Part shown: positions 18,664 through 29,430 of the stretch, piece after piece
Layout: each line of letters opens with the position of its first letter
Numbering within the stretch: position 1 is the stretch's first letter
Origin: Gammaproteobacteria bacterium
Lineage (GTDB): Bacteria; Pseudomonadota; Gammaproteobacteria; UBA4575
Length of the DNA stretch: 64,000 nt
Direction of reading: 5' to 3'
Assembly: GCA_965243395.1 (NCBI GenBank)
Contig: CBDEUS010000001.1
Location: 1,120,001-1,184,000 of the forward strand
Made by a program: the position numbers and the translations under genes
The notes under the pieces: model-generated
Database searches by the model: none
What the model saw: only the letters and a program-made list of their open reading frames with translations
What the model was told of the DNA's origin: nothing

Positions 18664-19254
18664 CTAACTTGTCTCTTCCGCAGCCAAAAAACCTGACACA
18701 TCAAAACGGATATCTAAAGCTTCATCAGAATTATTAGAGTTCTGACTTCTAAAAGTAGTTCGATATCCTCTACCGATATTTATTTTGTCGATTATCAGCA
18801 CTGGAATATGGGCTTCAAGATCATATATGAAATTACGCAAACTACTTATATCTGCACGACAATGCACGGAAACTTTAATTTGACGTTCATCCAGATTTCC
18901 ACTGGTCACTGGTTGAGTGCTTAATATTTTAGCTCCATTACGAGTTAATACATCTTTGATTATTCCTTGTAATTCAGCAGAAATAATCGCGGCTTTACCA
19001 TGCTCAAAATAATATTCTTGTTCCTCATTGTATGCTTGCAACTTTGCTAGTTTGTTTGACAAACCTTTAGTTCTACCAGATATCGCTTTATATTGTGTTA
19101 GTCGATGTTGCAATGATGCAACCTCATCTTTAGTGCTGTTAAACACAGCATAAGCAGGTAGTATTACTAAAAATAATAAAAGCACTACTGCAAAAACAAG
19201 TACTGAAAGTGCAGCTAACTTATGTTTTGATTCTGGCATCTGTGGAATATTCAT
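18664..19254 (-). CDS. gspM: T2SS protein M (XpsM type)
   Basis: TM plus coiled coil; AELQ, LEAHIPVLIID; position in the cluster. Confidence 0.8.
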   Translation of the reverse strand: MNIPQMPESKHKLAALSVLVFAVVLLLFLVILPAYAVFNSTKDEVASLQHRLTQYKAISGRTKGLSNKLAKLQAYNEEQEYYFEHGKAAIISAELQGIIKDVLTRNGAKILSTQPVTSGNLDERQIKVSVHCRADISSLRNFIYDLEAHIPVLIIDKINIGRGYRTTFRSQNSNNSDEALDIRFDVSGFLAAEETS

Positions 19255-19266
19255 TATTTTTCTTAA

Positions 19267-20343
19267 CTATGAATTTACTTCACGCTTGATTTGCGCCGTT
19301 ATGGAATAACGCTCCAAGCCATCACCGCCACTTTGTGTGACTGGAGCTGCAAACCGAATATCATCAAACATTCCTGTTTGATCAATCACTGGAATCAATT
19401 CAGACGCTGACGCCGATAAACCTTGGATGGATAGCAGCCCTTCCTCCACACTTAAACGTTGAACATATGTGTGATCAGGCATCACTTGTGTTAATAAATT
19501 TAACATCTCAATGATACTGGGATTGTCCTCTTTAATATTAACTAAATACCCCACTTGATCTTGCATTTTTGAATATTCACTTTGTAACTTTTTTACTTTT
19601 TGTACCGTATGCTCCAAGCTCTCTAGCTCAGACGAAAGTTTATTAATATGAATATAATTAATCGCCAAAGGAGTTACCCCGGTTAAGATTAATAATCCTG
19701 CTGCTGCAGTTGCCAACCATTTGATAGATGAATTGTTATTTCTGTTAATACCTGCTTGTGAACGGAGTAAATTTACCCCACTCAAGTTTTGATCAGGATC
19801 ATCAGCATTAATAATATCAATGCTCTGTAGATGCACATTACTATTTTCAATTGCAGCAACAACAGGATTTAGAATTTCTTTTCTTATAACAATCAACAGT
19901 ACCCTAATGAGCTGTTTATCTTTAAAGCGCTCTTCAATACGATAATCAAAGTAGACATCTTCTTTATCAAATGGAGTATAGCGGTCCATTTCATACTGAA
20001 TCACTTCATATAGATTTTCTTCTGTATTAGCTGGTAATGATACCTGTCGTGTAAGCACTTCACTTTTATCAATATGTACATTTAATGCTAAGCTCTCTTT
20101 TGATGCTTCACTATTAAACAGTTCCTCTAACATTTGAGTTTTGTTTTCTTTTGACTGTTCAATATGTAGTAATAATTCATCACTGCTATTTAGAACTTGA
20201 AGCTGATCCGGATCTAATTTTAATAGTAAAGAATCTTTATTACGCCCAATGTTTTTATTTCTATCTCCAGGCAATAGCAAAAACAACCCCTCTGCCCACC
20301 AGATGAGTAATTCTTTTACGGACTGTGTAATTGAAGATAAAAT
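19267..20343 (-). CDS. gspL: T2SS protein L (PilN-domain, XpsL type)
   Basis: LTRQVSLP...EMDRYTPF...VYFD; C-terminal QGLSASASELI. Frame extends upstream through WWAEGL to an ATT at 20343 preceded by AGGA. Confidence 0.8.
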   Translation of the reverse strand: MLSSITQSVKELLIWWAEGLFLLLPGDRNKNIGRNKDSLLLKLDPDQLQVLNSSDELLLHIEQSKENKTQMLEELFNSEASKESLALNVHIDKSEVLTRQVSLPANTEENLYEVIQYEMDRYTPFDKEDVYFDYRIEERFKDKQLIRVLLIVIRKEILNPVVAAIENSNVHLQSIDIINADDPDQNLSGVNLLRSQAGINRNNNSSIKWLATAAAGLLILTGVTPLAINYIHINKLSSELESLEHTVQKVKKLQSEYSKMQDQVGYLVNIKEDNPSIIEMLNLLTQVMPDHTYVQRLSVEEGLLSIQGLSASASELIPVIDQTGMFDDIRFAAPVTQSGGDGLERYSITAQIKREVNS

Positions 20344-20417
20344 AGTATGTTCCTGTAGTTATAATTATTATGAATACTTTTGCAGATTATGGTGAAGCAG
20401 CAATTTTAGTTGCTAAT

Positions 20418-21245
20418 TTATCCCAACTTCCACCCTAATATTGCAAAAGGTTCAAACGTATTGCCTCTTTGTAATCGCACAATACATGTAATTGTTGTCG
20501 AGTATCCATTTGGATCTCTAGCATTAACATGCAATGTATAAATTAAACCCCCTGTTTCTGTAAAATAGTCAGTAGAAAAATCTTCACTTTGACCTGCATC
20601 AGTCACATTGTTGAGGGCATTTTTAACTATATTAGAAGCTAATGCAGTGTTGACACCTAAATCTTGTGCATGAATAGTTACATAAGGTTTAACTCTATTA
20701 AAAATCTCTGGTGTCATTCCAAGTAGAAGTGACAACTCATCAATACTATCAAACTCATCATCTTTAGATTCATACGCGAGCCCGTGAGCCGCATAATCCT
20801 GATCTTCTGCTCCATTTGCTCGCTTTAGACTATCCCGATCGCGCCAATCACCTATTGCGCCTGCAATTAATGCGCTGTTTTTGTCGTTTACACCAACTGC
20901 AATGAACAATGATTCTAATAAGTCTATTGGGGCCAGATTAATATCCACTTTCCCTGATTCATCCACAATGGATACAGATATTTTTACATCATCTATTTGA
21001 TAACTATAGTTTGGTTTTTTAATTATGTAGCCTTGCAGTTCATCACGACTAATTAGCTTATGTACACTTAACATTAAAGCACCTTCCGCTGCATGTTTAG
21101 TTTTAAAACTACTTACAACATTATTAGCCAAACTCAAACTGGCGCGAGCTTGGTATGAAACTGAACCAGCAATTACAGCTAAAAATGCTGTAATCCATAA
21201 TACGGTTATTAAAGCAAATCCCTTATGTGTACGATGCATAGACAT
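20418..21245 (-). CDS. gspK: T2SS minor pseudopilin K
   Basis: G|FALITVLW, DESGKVDINLA, DWRDRD, HhH-like ELSLLLGMT. Confidence 0.9.
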   Translation of the reverse strand: MSMHRTHKGFALITVLWITAFLAVIAGSVSYQARASLSLANNVVSSFKTKHAAEGALMLSVHKLISRDELQGYIIKKPNYSYQIDDVKISVSIVDESGKVDINLAPIDLLESLFIAVGVNDKNSALIAGAIGDWRDRDSLKRANGAEDQDYAAHGLAYESKDDEFDSIDELSLLLGMTPEIFNRVKPYVTIHAQDLGVNTALASNIVKNALNNVTDAGQSEDFSTDYFTETGGLIYTLHVNARDPNGYSTTITCIVRLQRGNTFEPFAILGWKLG

Positions 21246-21877
21246 TACGGTAAAACATAAGCTCCATATCTTGTTTCAACGATCAATGGTGGCCATTCAA
21301 CGGATTCAACAATTGGTTCAAGGGATATAGAAACTTTTGTTGGAAGTGCGCTTTGATTCAGCCAGTTTTTATACCAATTTAATACTCCGGTTTTTTTATT
21401 TACACCAAAGTACTCAAACTTAATATTTTTAACATTTTTAATTAATTTTACATCTCGTCCACTAAACCGCGCCTTGCCTGAAAAATAACTATTTGCAGGC
21501 AGATACCGTACGCTTAGATTCAATGCACCATTTTGTTTTTGCTTAAAAATTTCATAAATATAAAGATAATCATCTAAACCATATTGAGGAGAACGTGCTA
21601 GAAAGATCATCCTGTCTGCATCACCATTAAAATATTTATTTTTTGATTTATCTTCTTGAATGGGATAAAAAACAGCCTCACTTAGTACCTTACGCAAAAA
21701 ACGCTGTGCACTGACAACTTCATCTAGGTTATTTTGATGTTCATCAACTTTTGCCCACACCTTATTTCCAAAAGTAAACCCATTTACACACAGTGTTACT
21801 ACAATTGAAATGATGACAAGCGAAATCAGTAGCTCGATTAAAGTTAATCCCGATTGATGAAGTGTATGTTTATTCAT
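21245..21877 (-). CDS. gspJ: T2SS minor pseudopilin J
   Basis: QSG|LTLIELLISL; C-terminal W...LP...WP. Confidence 0.85.
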   Translation of the reverse strand: MNKHTLHQSGLTLIELLISLVIISIVVTLCVNGFTFGNKVWAKVDEHQNNLDEVVSAQRFLRKVLSEAVFYPIQEDKSKNKYFNGDADRMIFLARSPQYGLDDYLYIYEIFKQKQNGALNLSVRYLPANSYFSGKARFSGRDVKLIKNVKNIKFEYFGVNKKTGVLNWYKNWLNQSALPTKVSISLEPIVESVEWPPLIVETRYGAYVLP

Positions 21878-21882
21878 TTTTA

Positions 21883-22275
21883 CTAGGCACTTGCTAATCT
21901 GAAAGTCATTGTCTTTAAAGAACGCATACCTTTTTTACTTTTCCAAAATACATTCAACACAATTTGATACCGATTCACTTTTTCAATTGTGTTATTTGAT
22001 GCATCCAAAGCTTGAACCTCTAATTTCCAGTGATATCGGTTGTTATAAGCACCCTCACTCACGCTTGGCAATGTGTCTACTCTTATTCCGATTTCGGCCA
22101 GATGTGAATCTGCATACATAGACGCTTGAGCATAATCGTCTGCAAGACTAGAACCTTGTAATGCTGAGGAAAAAGCTTGATAGGCAACGCCGAGCGAAAT
22201 GGCCAACACTGATAGAGCCACCAGCGTCTCTAATAAGGTAAATCCATTTAAGTGTCTATATTTATTATTAACCAT
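21883..22275 (-). CDS. gspI: T2SS minor pseudopilin I
   Basis: G|FTLLETLVAL; position in the cluster. Confidence 0.85.
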   Translation of the reverse strand: MVNNKYRHLNGFTLLETLVALSVLAISLGVAYQAFSSALQGSSLADDYAQASMYADSHLAEIGIRVDTLPSVSEGAYNNRYHWKLEVQALDASNNTIEKVNRYQIVLNVFWKSKKGMRSLKTMTFRLASA

Positions 22276-22744
22276 GACTTAGTTCGACTTTGCCGGACAA
22301 CCATTCCACAACAATACGGTATGTTTTTTTCCCATTTGAAATATTAATTTCTCCGCCAGATGAACTGCCATCAGGTGCAAAGTGAATTTGTGAAATGTTT
22401 TTATTAGCTTTTAAATCCCGCGCAGAGAACATTTGCAAGTCCAGAGATGAATCTAAAGCTCTTTGGCGCTTGTTTCCTACTATCCAATAAATTCTTTTTT
22501 CATTATCCAATGCAAAAGAAACCTCTTTGCGTTTAGTAATTGCTGCTATCCGGGCTTGTCTTAATGTCACTAAAATATCTTGTGATGTGGCTTTTAATGC
22601 AGCGCTGGATGAAAGTCGGCTATAGGCCGTTGCCGAAATCGCCGTAATGCTGATTGCTATGACGAGTGTTATTAATAACTCAATTAGTGTAAAACCAGAG
22701 TAAGTACCATATGTATTATGTGATTTTAATTGCAAAGCATTCAT
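22268..22744 (-). CDS. gspH: T2SS minor pseudopilin H
   Basis: G|FTLIELLI; FAPDGSSSGG...WLSG. Confidence 0.87.
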   Translation of the reverse strand: MNALQLKSHNTYGTYSGFTLIELLITLVIAISITAISATAYSRLSSSAALKATSQDILVTLRQARIAAITKRKEVSFALDNEKRIYWIVGNKRQRALDSSLDLQMFSARDLKANKNISQIHFAPDGSSSGGEINISNGKKTYRIVVEWLSGKVELSHG

Positions 22745-22749
22745 TTACA

Positions 22750-23175
22750 TTAGTTCCAGCTAAATACATCCTGATTCTCTTTTTCTCCACCTTCCGCACC
22801 ATCTGCACCCAGGCTATAAATTTCATATTCAGCATTTCTACCGGGATAACGATAAAGATAATCTTTTTTCCACGGATCTTGCGGAACAAAATTCTTACGC
22901 AAATAAGGACCGTTCCAACCGTCTACACCGGCGGGTTGTTGCACAAGTGCTTGCAAGGTTTGCTCAGTAGTTGGGTAACGATTGGTATCAATTTTATACA
23001 TTTCCAATGCTGAAGAAAGTTCTTCGATTTGAATTTTGGCTGCTTTGGTTTTTGAGTCACCTAAACGTTTCATAACTTGTGGTCCCACTATTCCAGCAAG
23101 CAAGGCCAAAATCGCCACTACAACCAACAATTCAATTAACGTAAATCCTTTATGGGTCATATTATTTTTTATCAT
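22750..23175 (-). CDS. gspG: T2SS major pseudopilin G
   Basis: G|FTLIELLVV, YPTTEQ, WNGPYL, DPW, SLGADG. Confidence 0.96.
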   Translation of the reverse strand: MIKNNMTHKGFTLIELLVVVAILALLAGIVGPQVMKRLGDSKTKAAKIQIEELSSALEMYKIDTNRYPTTEQTLQALVQQPAGVDGWNGPYLRKNFVPQDPWKKDYLYRYPGRNAEYEIYSLGADGAEGGEKENQDVFSWN

Positions 23176-23191
23176 ACTTATTACTCTTTAA

Positions 23192-24412
23192 TTATGTCGC
23201 TAAGTCATTAATGCTCACCATGCCAAGCAAAATAGATACAATAATTCCTCCAATCATTACGCCCAGCAATATGATGATAGCTGGTTCAAATAAATTAACT
23301 ACTCTCTGCATGGCATTTGAAGTTTCTTTTTCATAAATTTCTGAGACACGTTTTAACATACTGTCTAACTCACCTGTTTCTTCGCCTACTTTAATCATTT
23401 GTAATGCTAAAGATGGAAATAAATTTGCATTACTTAACGTTTGAAACAAACTTTTGCCTTCTTTAAATTGCTCCATCGCTTTACTGATGTTCTCAAGAAA
23501 TAAACTATTGGAGAGATTAGCTTTAGCTATCGGAAGTGCTGATAACACTGGTACACCATTCGATAGCAAGCTACCTAAGCTGCTGGTGAATTTTGCGGTT
23601 TCATGCTTTACCAATAAATCACCAAAAACTGGAAGTCTCAAAAATCTCGCATCCCAAAATGCACGATATTTTGGGGATTTAAATAAGTATCGTAGTAATA
23701 AAATGAGTGAAATCAACGCAATAATAATTACCCACCAATAATTGCTAACGTAATCCGAAATATTTATTACTATTTTAGTAGCAATCGGCAGCAATTCTTC
23801 ATTACCTTCGAATAACTCAGTAATTTTAGGCACCACAAAAGTCATAATGATAAACAAAGATGCTATAGAGACTACAACCAATATCATTGGATAAATTAGT
23901 GATGAAATTAATTTATCACGCATGGTTTTAGCGCTCTCTAAATAAGCATGCATGCGAGATAATCCAATTTCTAAATTACCACTGGCTTCAGAAGCACGAA
24001 CCATATTTACATAGTAAGGGCTAAAAATTGTTTTTTGCTTCTCTAATGCACTAGATAAATCATTTCCAGATTCAACATCTTCTAATAAATTAGCTGACAT
24101 ATTGCGAACATTTTCGTGTTCCGAAAGATCTTTAAAAATACGTAAGGCATGATCAACAGGTAATTTAGCTTTTACCAATGTAGAAAGTTGTTCAGTAAAA
24201 GAAAGTAATTGGCTTGCTGTAATTGATTTTTTAGAGACTTTGAAATAATCGACTAATGCACTTCTTGATGTAGATTTAGCTTCTTTTGCATAAATTGGGA
24301 TGTAACCAGAATTTTGCAACCAATTAATTACTTCAGAATGATTACGCTCTTCACGCTGTCCTTCGAAGATTTTTCCCTCGGGAGTAGTCGCTTTGTATTC
24401 AAAATTTGGCAT
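23192..24412 (-). CDS. gspF: T2SS inner-membrane platform protein F
   Basis: Two T2SSF repeats (ASEASGNL, YP; VGEETGELD, EP). Confidence 0.94.
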   Translation of the reverse strand: MPNFEYKATTPEGKIFEGQREERNHSEVINWLQNSGYIPIYAKEAKSTSRSALVDYFKVSKKSITASQLLSFTEQLSTLVKAKLPVDHALRIFKDLSEHENVRNMSANLLEDVESGNDLSSALEKQKTIFSPYYVNMVRASEASGNLEIGLSRMHAYLESAKTMRDKLISSLIYPMILVVVSIASLFIIMTFVVPKITELFEGNEELLPIATKIVINISDYVSNYWWVIIIALISLILLLRYLFKSPKYRAFWDARFLRLPVFGDLLVKHETAKFTSSLGSLLSNGVPVLSALPIAKANLSNSLFLENISKAMEQFKEGKSLFQTLSNANLFPSLALQMIKVGEETGELDSMLKRVSEIYEKETSNAMQRVVNLFEPAIIILLGVMIGGIIVSILLGMVSINDLAT

Positions 24413-24427
24413 GATTTTTTAAAGAAC

Positions 24428-26125
24428 TTATGCATCCTGCGTGACACGAAGTATTTCTTCCAATGAAGTAACCCCTTGCGCAACTTTTTGTAACCCATCT
24501 TGATACATTGTTTTCATACCTTGCTGTAAAGCAGCATTTTCAAGTGTTGTGGCATCAGCGTGTTCAAGAATCAACTTTCGAATTTCATCAGTTATCATTA
24601 GCAATTCAAGAATACAAATTCGGCCACTGTATCCGGTATGATGACAGGCATCACAACCGCCATCGGCGACATACATATGTTCTGTCTTTACATCAGGCCC
24701 TAACTCATCCTTAATTTTTGCAGGCATCTCGGTTTTTGTTTTACATTCATCACATAAAACACGTACTAACCGTTGAGCAACAACTGCGTTTAGTGTAGAT
24801 GTTAATAAATAATCTTCTACGCCCATTTCCATTAAACGCGTAACACTGCTTGCAGAATCATTTGTATGTAACGTTGACAAAACCAAATGCCCTGTTAATG
24901 CAGATTGCACACAAATTTCTGCAGTTTCCAAGTCACGCATCTCACCAACCATAATTACATCGGGATCTTGTCGTACAATAGAGCGCAATGCATTTGCAAA
25001 TGTTAAGCCGATACTAGCCTTAGCTTGAATTTGATTTATGCCCTCTAGTTGGTATTCAACCGGATCTTCAACTGTAATGATTTTACGTCGCGGTTCATTC
25101 AATAAACTAAGTGCAGTATATAAAGTAGTTGTTTTACCACTACCCGTCGGACCTGTAAGCAAAATCATGCCATGCGGTTGACTCAATGCATTTATAAATT
25201 TGTCATGATCTCCTTGCTGGAACCCTAATGCTTTAAAATCCAATACGACAGATTCTTGATTAAGCAACCTCATAACCACGCTTTCGCCATGCATAGTAGG
25301 TACGGTGGAAATTCGCATGTCGAAATCACGACCCTGAATGCGATTACGAATTCTTCCATCTTGAGGTAAACGTCGTTCCGCAATATTTAACTTCGCCATG
25401 ATTTTAATTCTGGAAATCACTGCTGCTGCAAACTGACGTGGCGGAGACTCAACCTCTTGTAATACACCATCAATGCGATAACGTACTTTTAAGTCGCCTT
25501 CGAAAGGTTCAATATGAATATCAGATGCGCCCTGTTCGGCTGCACGTTGTATTATTAAATTAACTAAGCGTATAACAGGTGCTTCACTGGCTAGATCTTT
25601 TAATTGGTCCAGCTCATCATCTGAAATTTCGTCAACACTTACTTCATCTATAATTTGATTCATTTTGCTAGAATCAAGCCCTGATATTTGATTTATAACA
25701 TCATCAATATCAGACAATGTACCAATGCGAACTTCTATGCTTTTTCCCGTTGCAATCCGTATTGCATCCACAACATTTTGATCTAACGGGTCAGCCATAG
25801 CCAAAACGATCTTGTCATCATTTTGATCCAAAGGAACTGAAGAATTTTCTTTTAAAAACCGAGGAGAAATTGCACCATTCAAAATTGCTTCATTAGGATA
25901 TTCACTCCGTTGCACAACAGGCAATGCAAGAAGGCTACCTAATGCATCGGCAATATCTTTATCGCTCACTACACCTAAACGATTCAACATCGAAACAAAA
26001 GAAACATCCGGAGTTTCTTCCTGCATACGTTTAATTTTCGACAGATCAATGTCACGCAGTTTTGAACTGCGCTGCAGATAGTCCGCAATGTCCTCATTGG
26101 ACAAATTTGTAGCGATATTCGACAT
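24428..26125 (-). CDS. gspE: T2SS ATPase E (XpsE type with N-terminal extension)
   Basis: GPTGSGKTTT, ITVEDPVEY, RQDPDVIMVGEMRD, TGHLVLSTLH, CxxC Zn motifs. Confidence 0.96.
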   Translation of the reverse strand: MSNIATNLSNEDIADYLQRSSKLRDIDLSKIKRMQEETPDVSFVSMLNRLGVVSDKDIADALGSLLALPVVQRSEYPNEAILNGAISPRFLKENSSVPLDQNDDKIVLAMADPLDQNVVDAIRIATGKSIEVRIGTLSDIDDVINQISGLDSSKMNQIIDEVSVDEISDDELDQLKDLASEAPVIRLVNLIIQRAAEQGASDIHIEPFEGDLKVRYRIDGVLQEVESPPRQFAAAVISRIKIMAKLNIAERRLPQDGRIRNRIQGRDFDMRISTVPTMHGESVVMRLLNQESVVLDFKALGFQQGDHDKFINALSQPHGMILLTGPTGSGKTTTLYTALSLLNEPRRKIITVEDPVEYQLEGINQIQAKASIGLTFANALRSIVRQDPDVIMVGEMRDLETAEICVQSALTGHLVLSTLHTNDSASSVTRLMEMGVEDYLLTSTLNAVVAQRLVRVLCDECKTKTEMPAKIKDELGPDVKTEHMYVADGGCDACHHTGYSGRICILELLMITDEIRKLILEHADATTLENAALQQGMKTMYQDGLQKVAQGVTSLEEILRVTQDA

Positions 26126-26337
26126 GTCAGATAAGTTGAGCCCGTATTAAACAAATAGTGATGTTAAAAACTCACGCTATTTGCTTGATATTTCAGAATT
26201 ATTATTATTATTCTCGACTATAGAATCATAGTCTTGATGAGGGAAAATTAAAAATATTAGAATTAATTTTAATTATTTAATATAAAGTATTGAATTCAAT
26301 AAATAAAAACACCTTTTAAGCGAATAAACTAAATAAT

Positions 26338-27351
26338 CTATCGAACATTTAAGCGAAATAAATGACCTTGATAATCAAAAACAGCTCCATAGCGTGTGAT
26401 TTCCACTAACGCTAAGTCCTGTTGTAAATACTTACCTTCCGTATACATACCGCCATTTATTCGTATCCGACGCTGACTAGGATCTTCATGAAACATATGT
26501 ACTGATACATTGAAATCAGGAATTTGCTCTTGAATCTCATATGGAAGTTCGCCAAAACTGGGCACTCCTGTGCTAACAGCAGTTTTATGTGTGACATGAG
26601 CTTGCGGCTCTGACTGTAATAATGTTTCTTCTGTATGATTTATATTTGAATCAACAAAGCTAGCATTTCTAATCTCGACCAGGTCGTCATCGAAATCATC
26701 ATGAGGTGCATTTAATTCATTTAAAATTTCTTCATCGTGATGCTTTATCTCAGCTTCTGCCAAGTCAGAATAAATAGCAACAAGTTCTTGTTTTTTTGAA
26801 GCATCATTAATTTCGTTTTCAGCAGGCGGTTTTATTTCATAGAGAGGTTTAGAAATTTGAGATGTCTGTGGTGGGTTTTCTACTTGCTTACTTATTACTG
26901 GTTCCACCCTTTCTGCTAATATACTTTGCTGAGAATTGCTTATACTTTTTGCTTCTTTCACCAGAAAATCTTCATCTTCATTTATAATTTTGACCGCTTT
27001 TAAATCTGACTTATGAACGTTCTTAACAGGCACCATCTCGATATTACGTGTTAATGCCTTTGACTCTTCTGCTTGTGAATTATCTTCTTTTGCAATTAGT
27101 TCCTTATTGAAACTTTTTACTTCAGATAGCTGCTTCTCATACTGATGATCTTTATTAATAAAAAAATAAGTAGCTGTCCAAACTATCAGCGCTGTAAGAA
27201 TTATTCCTATTGAAAGCAACCACCAATGATTCCAATCATTCCCATCACGAGCAAAACCCTCCCCTTTATATTCAACAGATATCGATGGTACTTGTTGACC
27301 AAGTTTGCGCTCTCGTTCTGCTTTTTTAATGGAGTCTAAAATAAATGACAT
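26338..27351 (-). CDS. gspB: ExeB/GspB
   Basis: MSFILDSIKKAERER N-terminus; C-terminal SVHMF...RINGG GspB domain. Confidence 0.85.
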   Translation of the reverse strand: MSFILDSIKKAERERKLGQQVPSISVEYKGEGFARDGNDWNHWWLLSIGIILTALIVWTATYFFINKDHQYEKQLSEVKSFNKELIAKEDNSQAEESKALTRNIEMVPVKNVHKSDLKAVKIINEDEDFLVKEAKSISNSQQSILAERVEPVISKQVENPPQTSQISKPLYEIKPPAENEINDASKKQELVAIYSDLAEAEIKHHDEEILNELNAPHDDFDDDLVEIRNASFVDSNINHTEETLLQSEPQAHVTHKTAVSTGVPSFGELPYEIQEQIPDFNVSVHMFHEDPSQRRIRINGGMYTEGKYLQQDLALVEITRYGAVFDYQGHLFRLNVR

Positions 27352-27368
27352 TTGTCCATTCAGTATTT

Positions 27369-29153
27369 TTATTTAATTAAATATGGTGTATCAGTATCTT
27401 TATTATTAAAGTACATTTGAGTTACGGGGCCAACCACGCCATCAGATGGCAATTTATTAGCAATTTGGAAAGCACGCACCTGATCTACAAGCTCTTCGTT
27501 ATATATAAATGGGTTGATTGATGTTGGCTTGCGGCCTTGAAGTTTGGCAAGCTTTTGTTCAATGAGTGCTACTGCTTCACCTTCAAAACCTGGATTGATG
27601 TAACGCACACCTGCTTGCAAAGGCCGCCAAAGCATTTCAAATTGACCACTCCAGTTTTCTTCAACTTCTGCTATCGGCACCAGTTTATAATTGTCTTTAT
27701 TAGTGACAATTGCATAATCATCTTCAATAGATACTAAAACTATATAACTCGGTCCAAAGTGTTCATCCCTGCCTTTTAATAAAACAGGTCTATTAAGACC
27801 GATGACTTTTTGCATTGAACCAATTCCCTGGTAACACTGTAATTGATTATTTAAAGCATGCTCACAAGGATTAGAATCTTCGCTTGTATAATTTATTCCC
27901 CAGATTCTGAACAATTGCTTATAAGCCTTACCATAATTAGTAAGTTGCAAAGAATCGTCGACTTCTATGGTCTTAATATTTTCTTGATCCTTCGAAGCCA
28001 ATGTAGTTTTCTTAGATGATATATTTGTTGTCTTGGTCTTCTCGACAAAGTTAGCTGGTTTTTCTTTGATAAAAACAGTCTCTATTGCACTATTTGCTAT
28101 GCCCTCTTGTTGAACAATTATTTCTTTTTTATGTTTTTGTGGATTTTTATTTCGAGCTTTTGCATGCTCTCTAATTATTGGTTCTTTAGTTATACTTTCT
28201 TCGCTAACTTCATTTTCAACGCTCTCATTAAGAGAAATTAGCTTGAAATTATAGTTTTGATATGCAAAAACCGCTGTACCAGAAATTAATACTGCAAAAA
28301 TGCTTGCCGCCAAAGCCTTGGGAAACATATCGCTATTAGATGGTTCCCGATCAAAAACTTCCCTTGCTGATTGCTTGATTATTTTTGAAGTAATCTTTGG
28401 AGTACTTAATGTATAAGCACCCAATAAAACTCTGTCGCATAGAATATTGATTAAACGTGGCACACCCTTTGTAATTTTAAATATCTGCTTGATATTCGAT
28501 TCAGTGAATACTTTATGTCTGGCTCCAGCAATCGTTAAACGATGATTGATGTAGTAATTTGTTTCTTTTAGATTTAGCGGCCCAATATGAAAACGTGCCG
28601 TAATGCGTTGATTTACTTGCTCTAGCTCAGGTTTAGCGAGTAGTTCTTTTAATTCTGGTTGTCCGATTAAAATAATTTGCAGAAGTTTTTGCTCATTTGT
28701 TTCAAGGTTTGTAAGAGCACGGATATGCTCCAAGGCGTCAACACTTAAATTTTGCGCCTCGTCAATTACTAATACAGTATTTCTTCCTCTTGCATGCGTT
28801 TCTATAAGATATGTATTTATCTTTTTTACATATTCTTTAATGCTTGGCTGAAATGTAGAATATGAGAGCTTTAATTCATCACAGATTGAAGCCATTAATT
28901 CCATGGGTGAAAACTTGGGGTTAATTACAAAAGCGATATCCGTATTTTCTGGTAGCTGCTCAAACATACATCGACAGATAGTGGTCTTACCTGTCCCAAT
29001 ATCGCCCGTTAGGCAAACAAACCCGCCTTTACGAGTAATGCCGTAAAGCAAATGCGCGAGTGCTTCTTCATGCTGCTTACTTAAGAACAAGTATTTTGGA
29101 TTCGGAGCAATCGAAAAAGCAGACTCATCTATATTAAAAAAAGACCCATACAT
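27369..29153 (-). CDS. gspA: ExeA/GspA AAA ATPase with a peptidoglycan-binding domain
   Basis: MY..FF...AFSIAPNP, GDIGTGKT, IDEAQNL, GQPEL, GVPRLIN; C-terminal FQ...DGVVGP. Likely start MYGSFF. Confidence 0.92.
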   Translation of the reverse strand: MYGSFFNIDESAFSIAPNPKYLFLSKQHEEALAHLLYGITRKGGFVCLTGDIGTGKTTICRCMFEQLPENTDIAFVINPKFSPMELMASICDELKLSYSTFQPSIKEYVKKINTYLIETHARGRNTVLVIDEAQNLSVDALEHIRALTNLETNEQKLLQIILIGQPELKELLAKPELEQVNQRITARFHIGPLNLKETNYYINHRLTIAGARHKVFTESNIKQIFKITKGVPRLINILCDRVLLGAYTLSTPKITSKIIKQSAREVFDREPSNSDMFPKALAASIFAVLISGTAVFAYQNYNFKLISLNESVENEVSEESITKEPIIREHAKARNKNPQKHKKEIIVQQEGIANSAIETVFIKEKPANFVEKTKTTNISSKKTTLASKDQENIKTIEVDDSLQLTNYGKAYKQLFRIWGINYTSEDSNPCEHALNNQLQCYQGIGSMQKVIGLNRPVLLKGRDEHFGPSYIVLVSIEDDYAIVTNKDNYKLVPIAEVEENWSGQFEMLWRPLQAGVRYINPGFEGEAVALIEQKLAKLQGRKPTSINPFIYNEELVDQVRAFQIANKLPSDGVVGPVTQMYFNNKDTDTPYLIK

Positions 29154-29430
29154 ATTTTTTTTATATTTATAATTATCAGCAAACACAGAATCAAGAAGCC
29201 GAGGAATAGCCTCTTAATCATTAAGCTTATTTTTTGAGCTTACTCTTATAAAGAGCGTGTATTCAACCAACTAAGTGTAAGGTTGTTTAAGCTTATATGT
29301 ACGAATAATAGGAAATATTTATTAAGCTGGTGTGGCAAATGGAATTACATAACTGCTTTGCCGGTTGGAATAATCAATATATCGCTTCGAAATAGTAATA
29401 TTCAAGCCTAAACAGACTTATCAGTAATAA

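Noticed and set aside
25950-26125. MshEN c-di-GMP-binding motif in the GspE N-terminus
   Set aside because: The RLGxxL...G motif is degenerate (DIADYL, SFVSML), so c-di-GMP binding is unsupported despite the nearby GGDEF-EAL gene.
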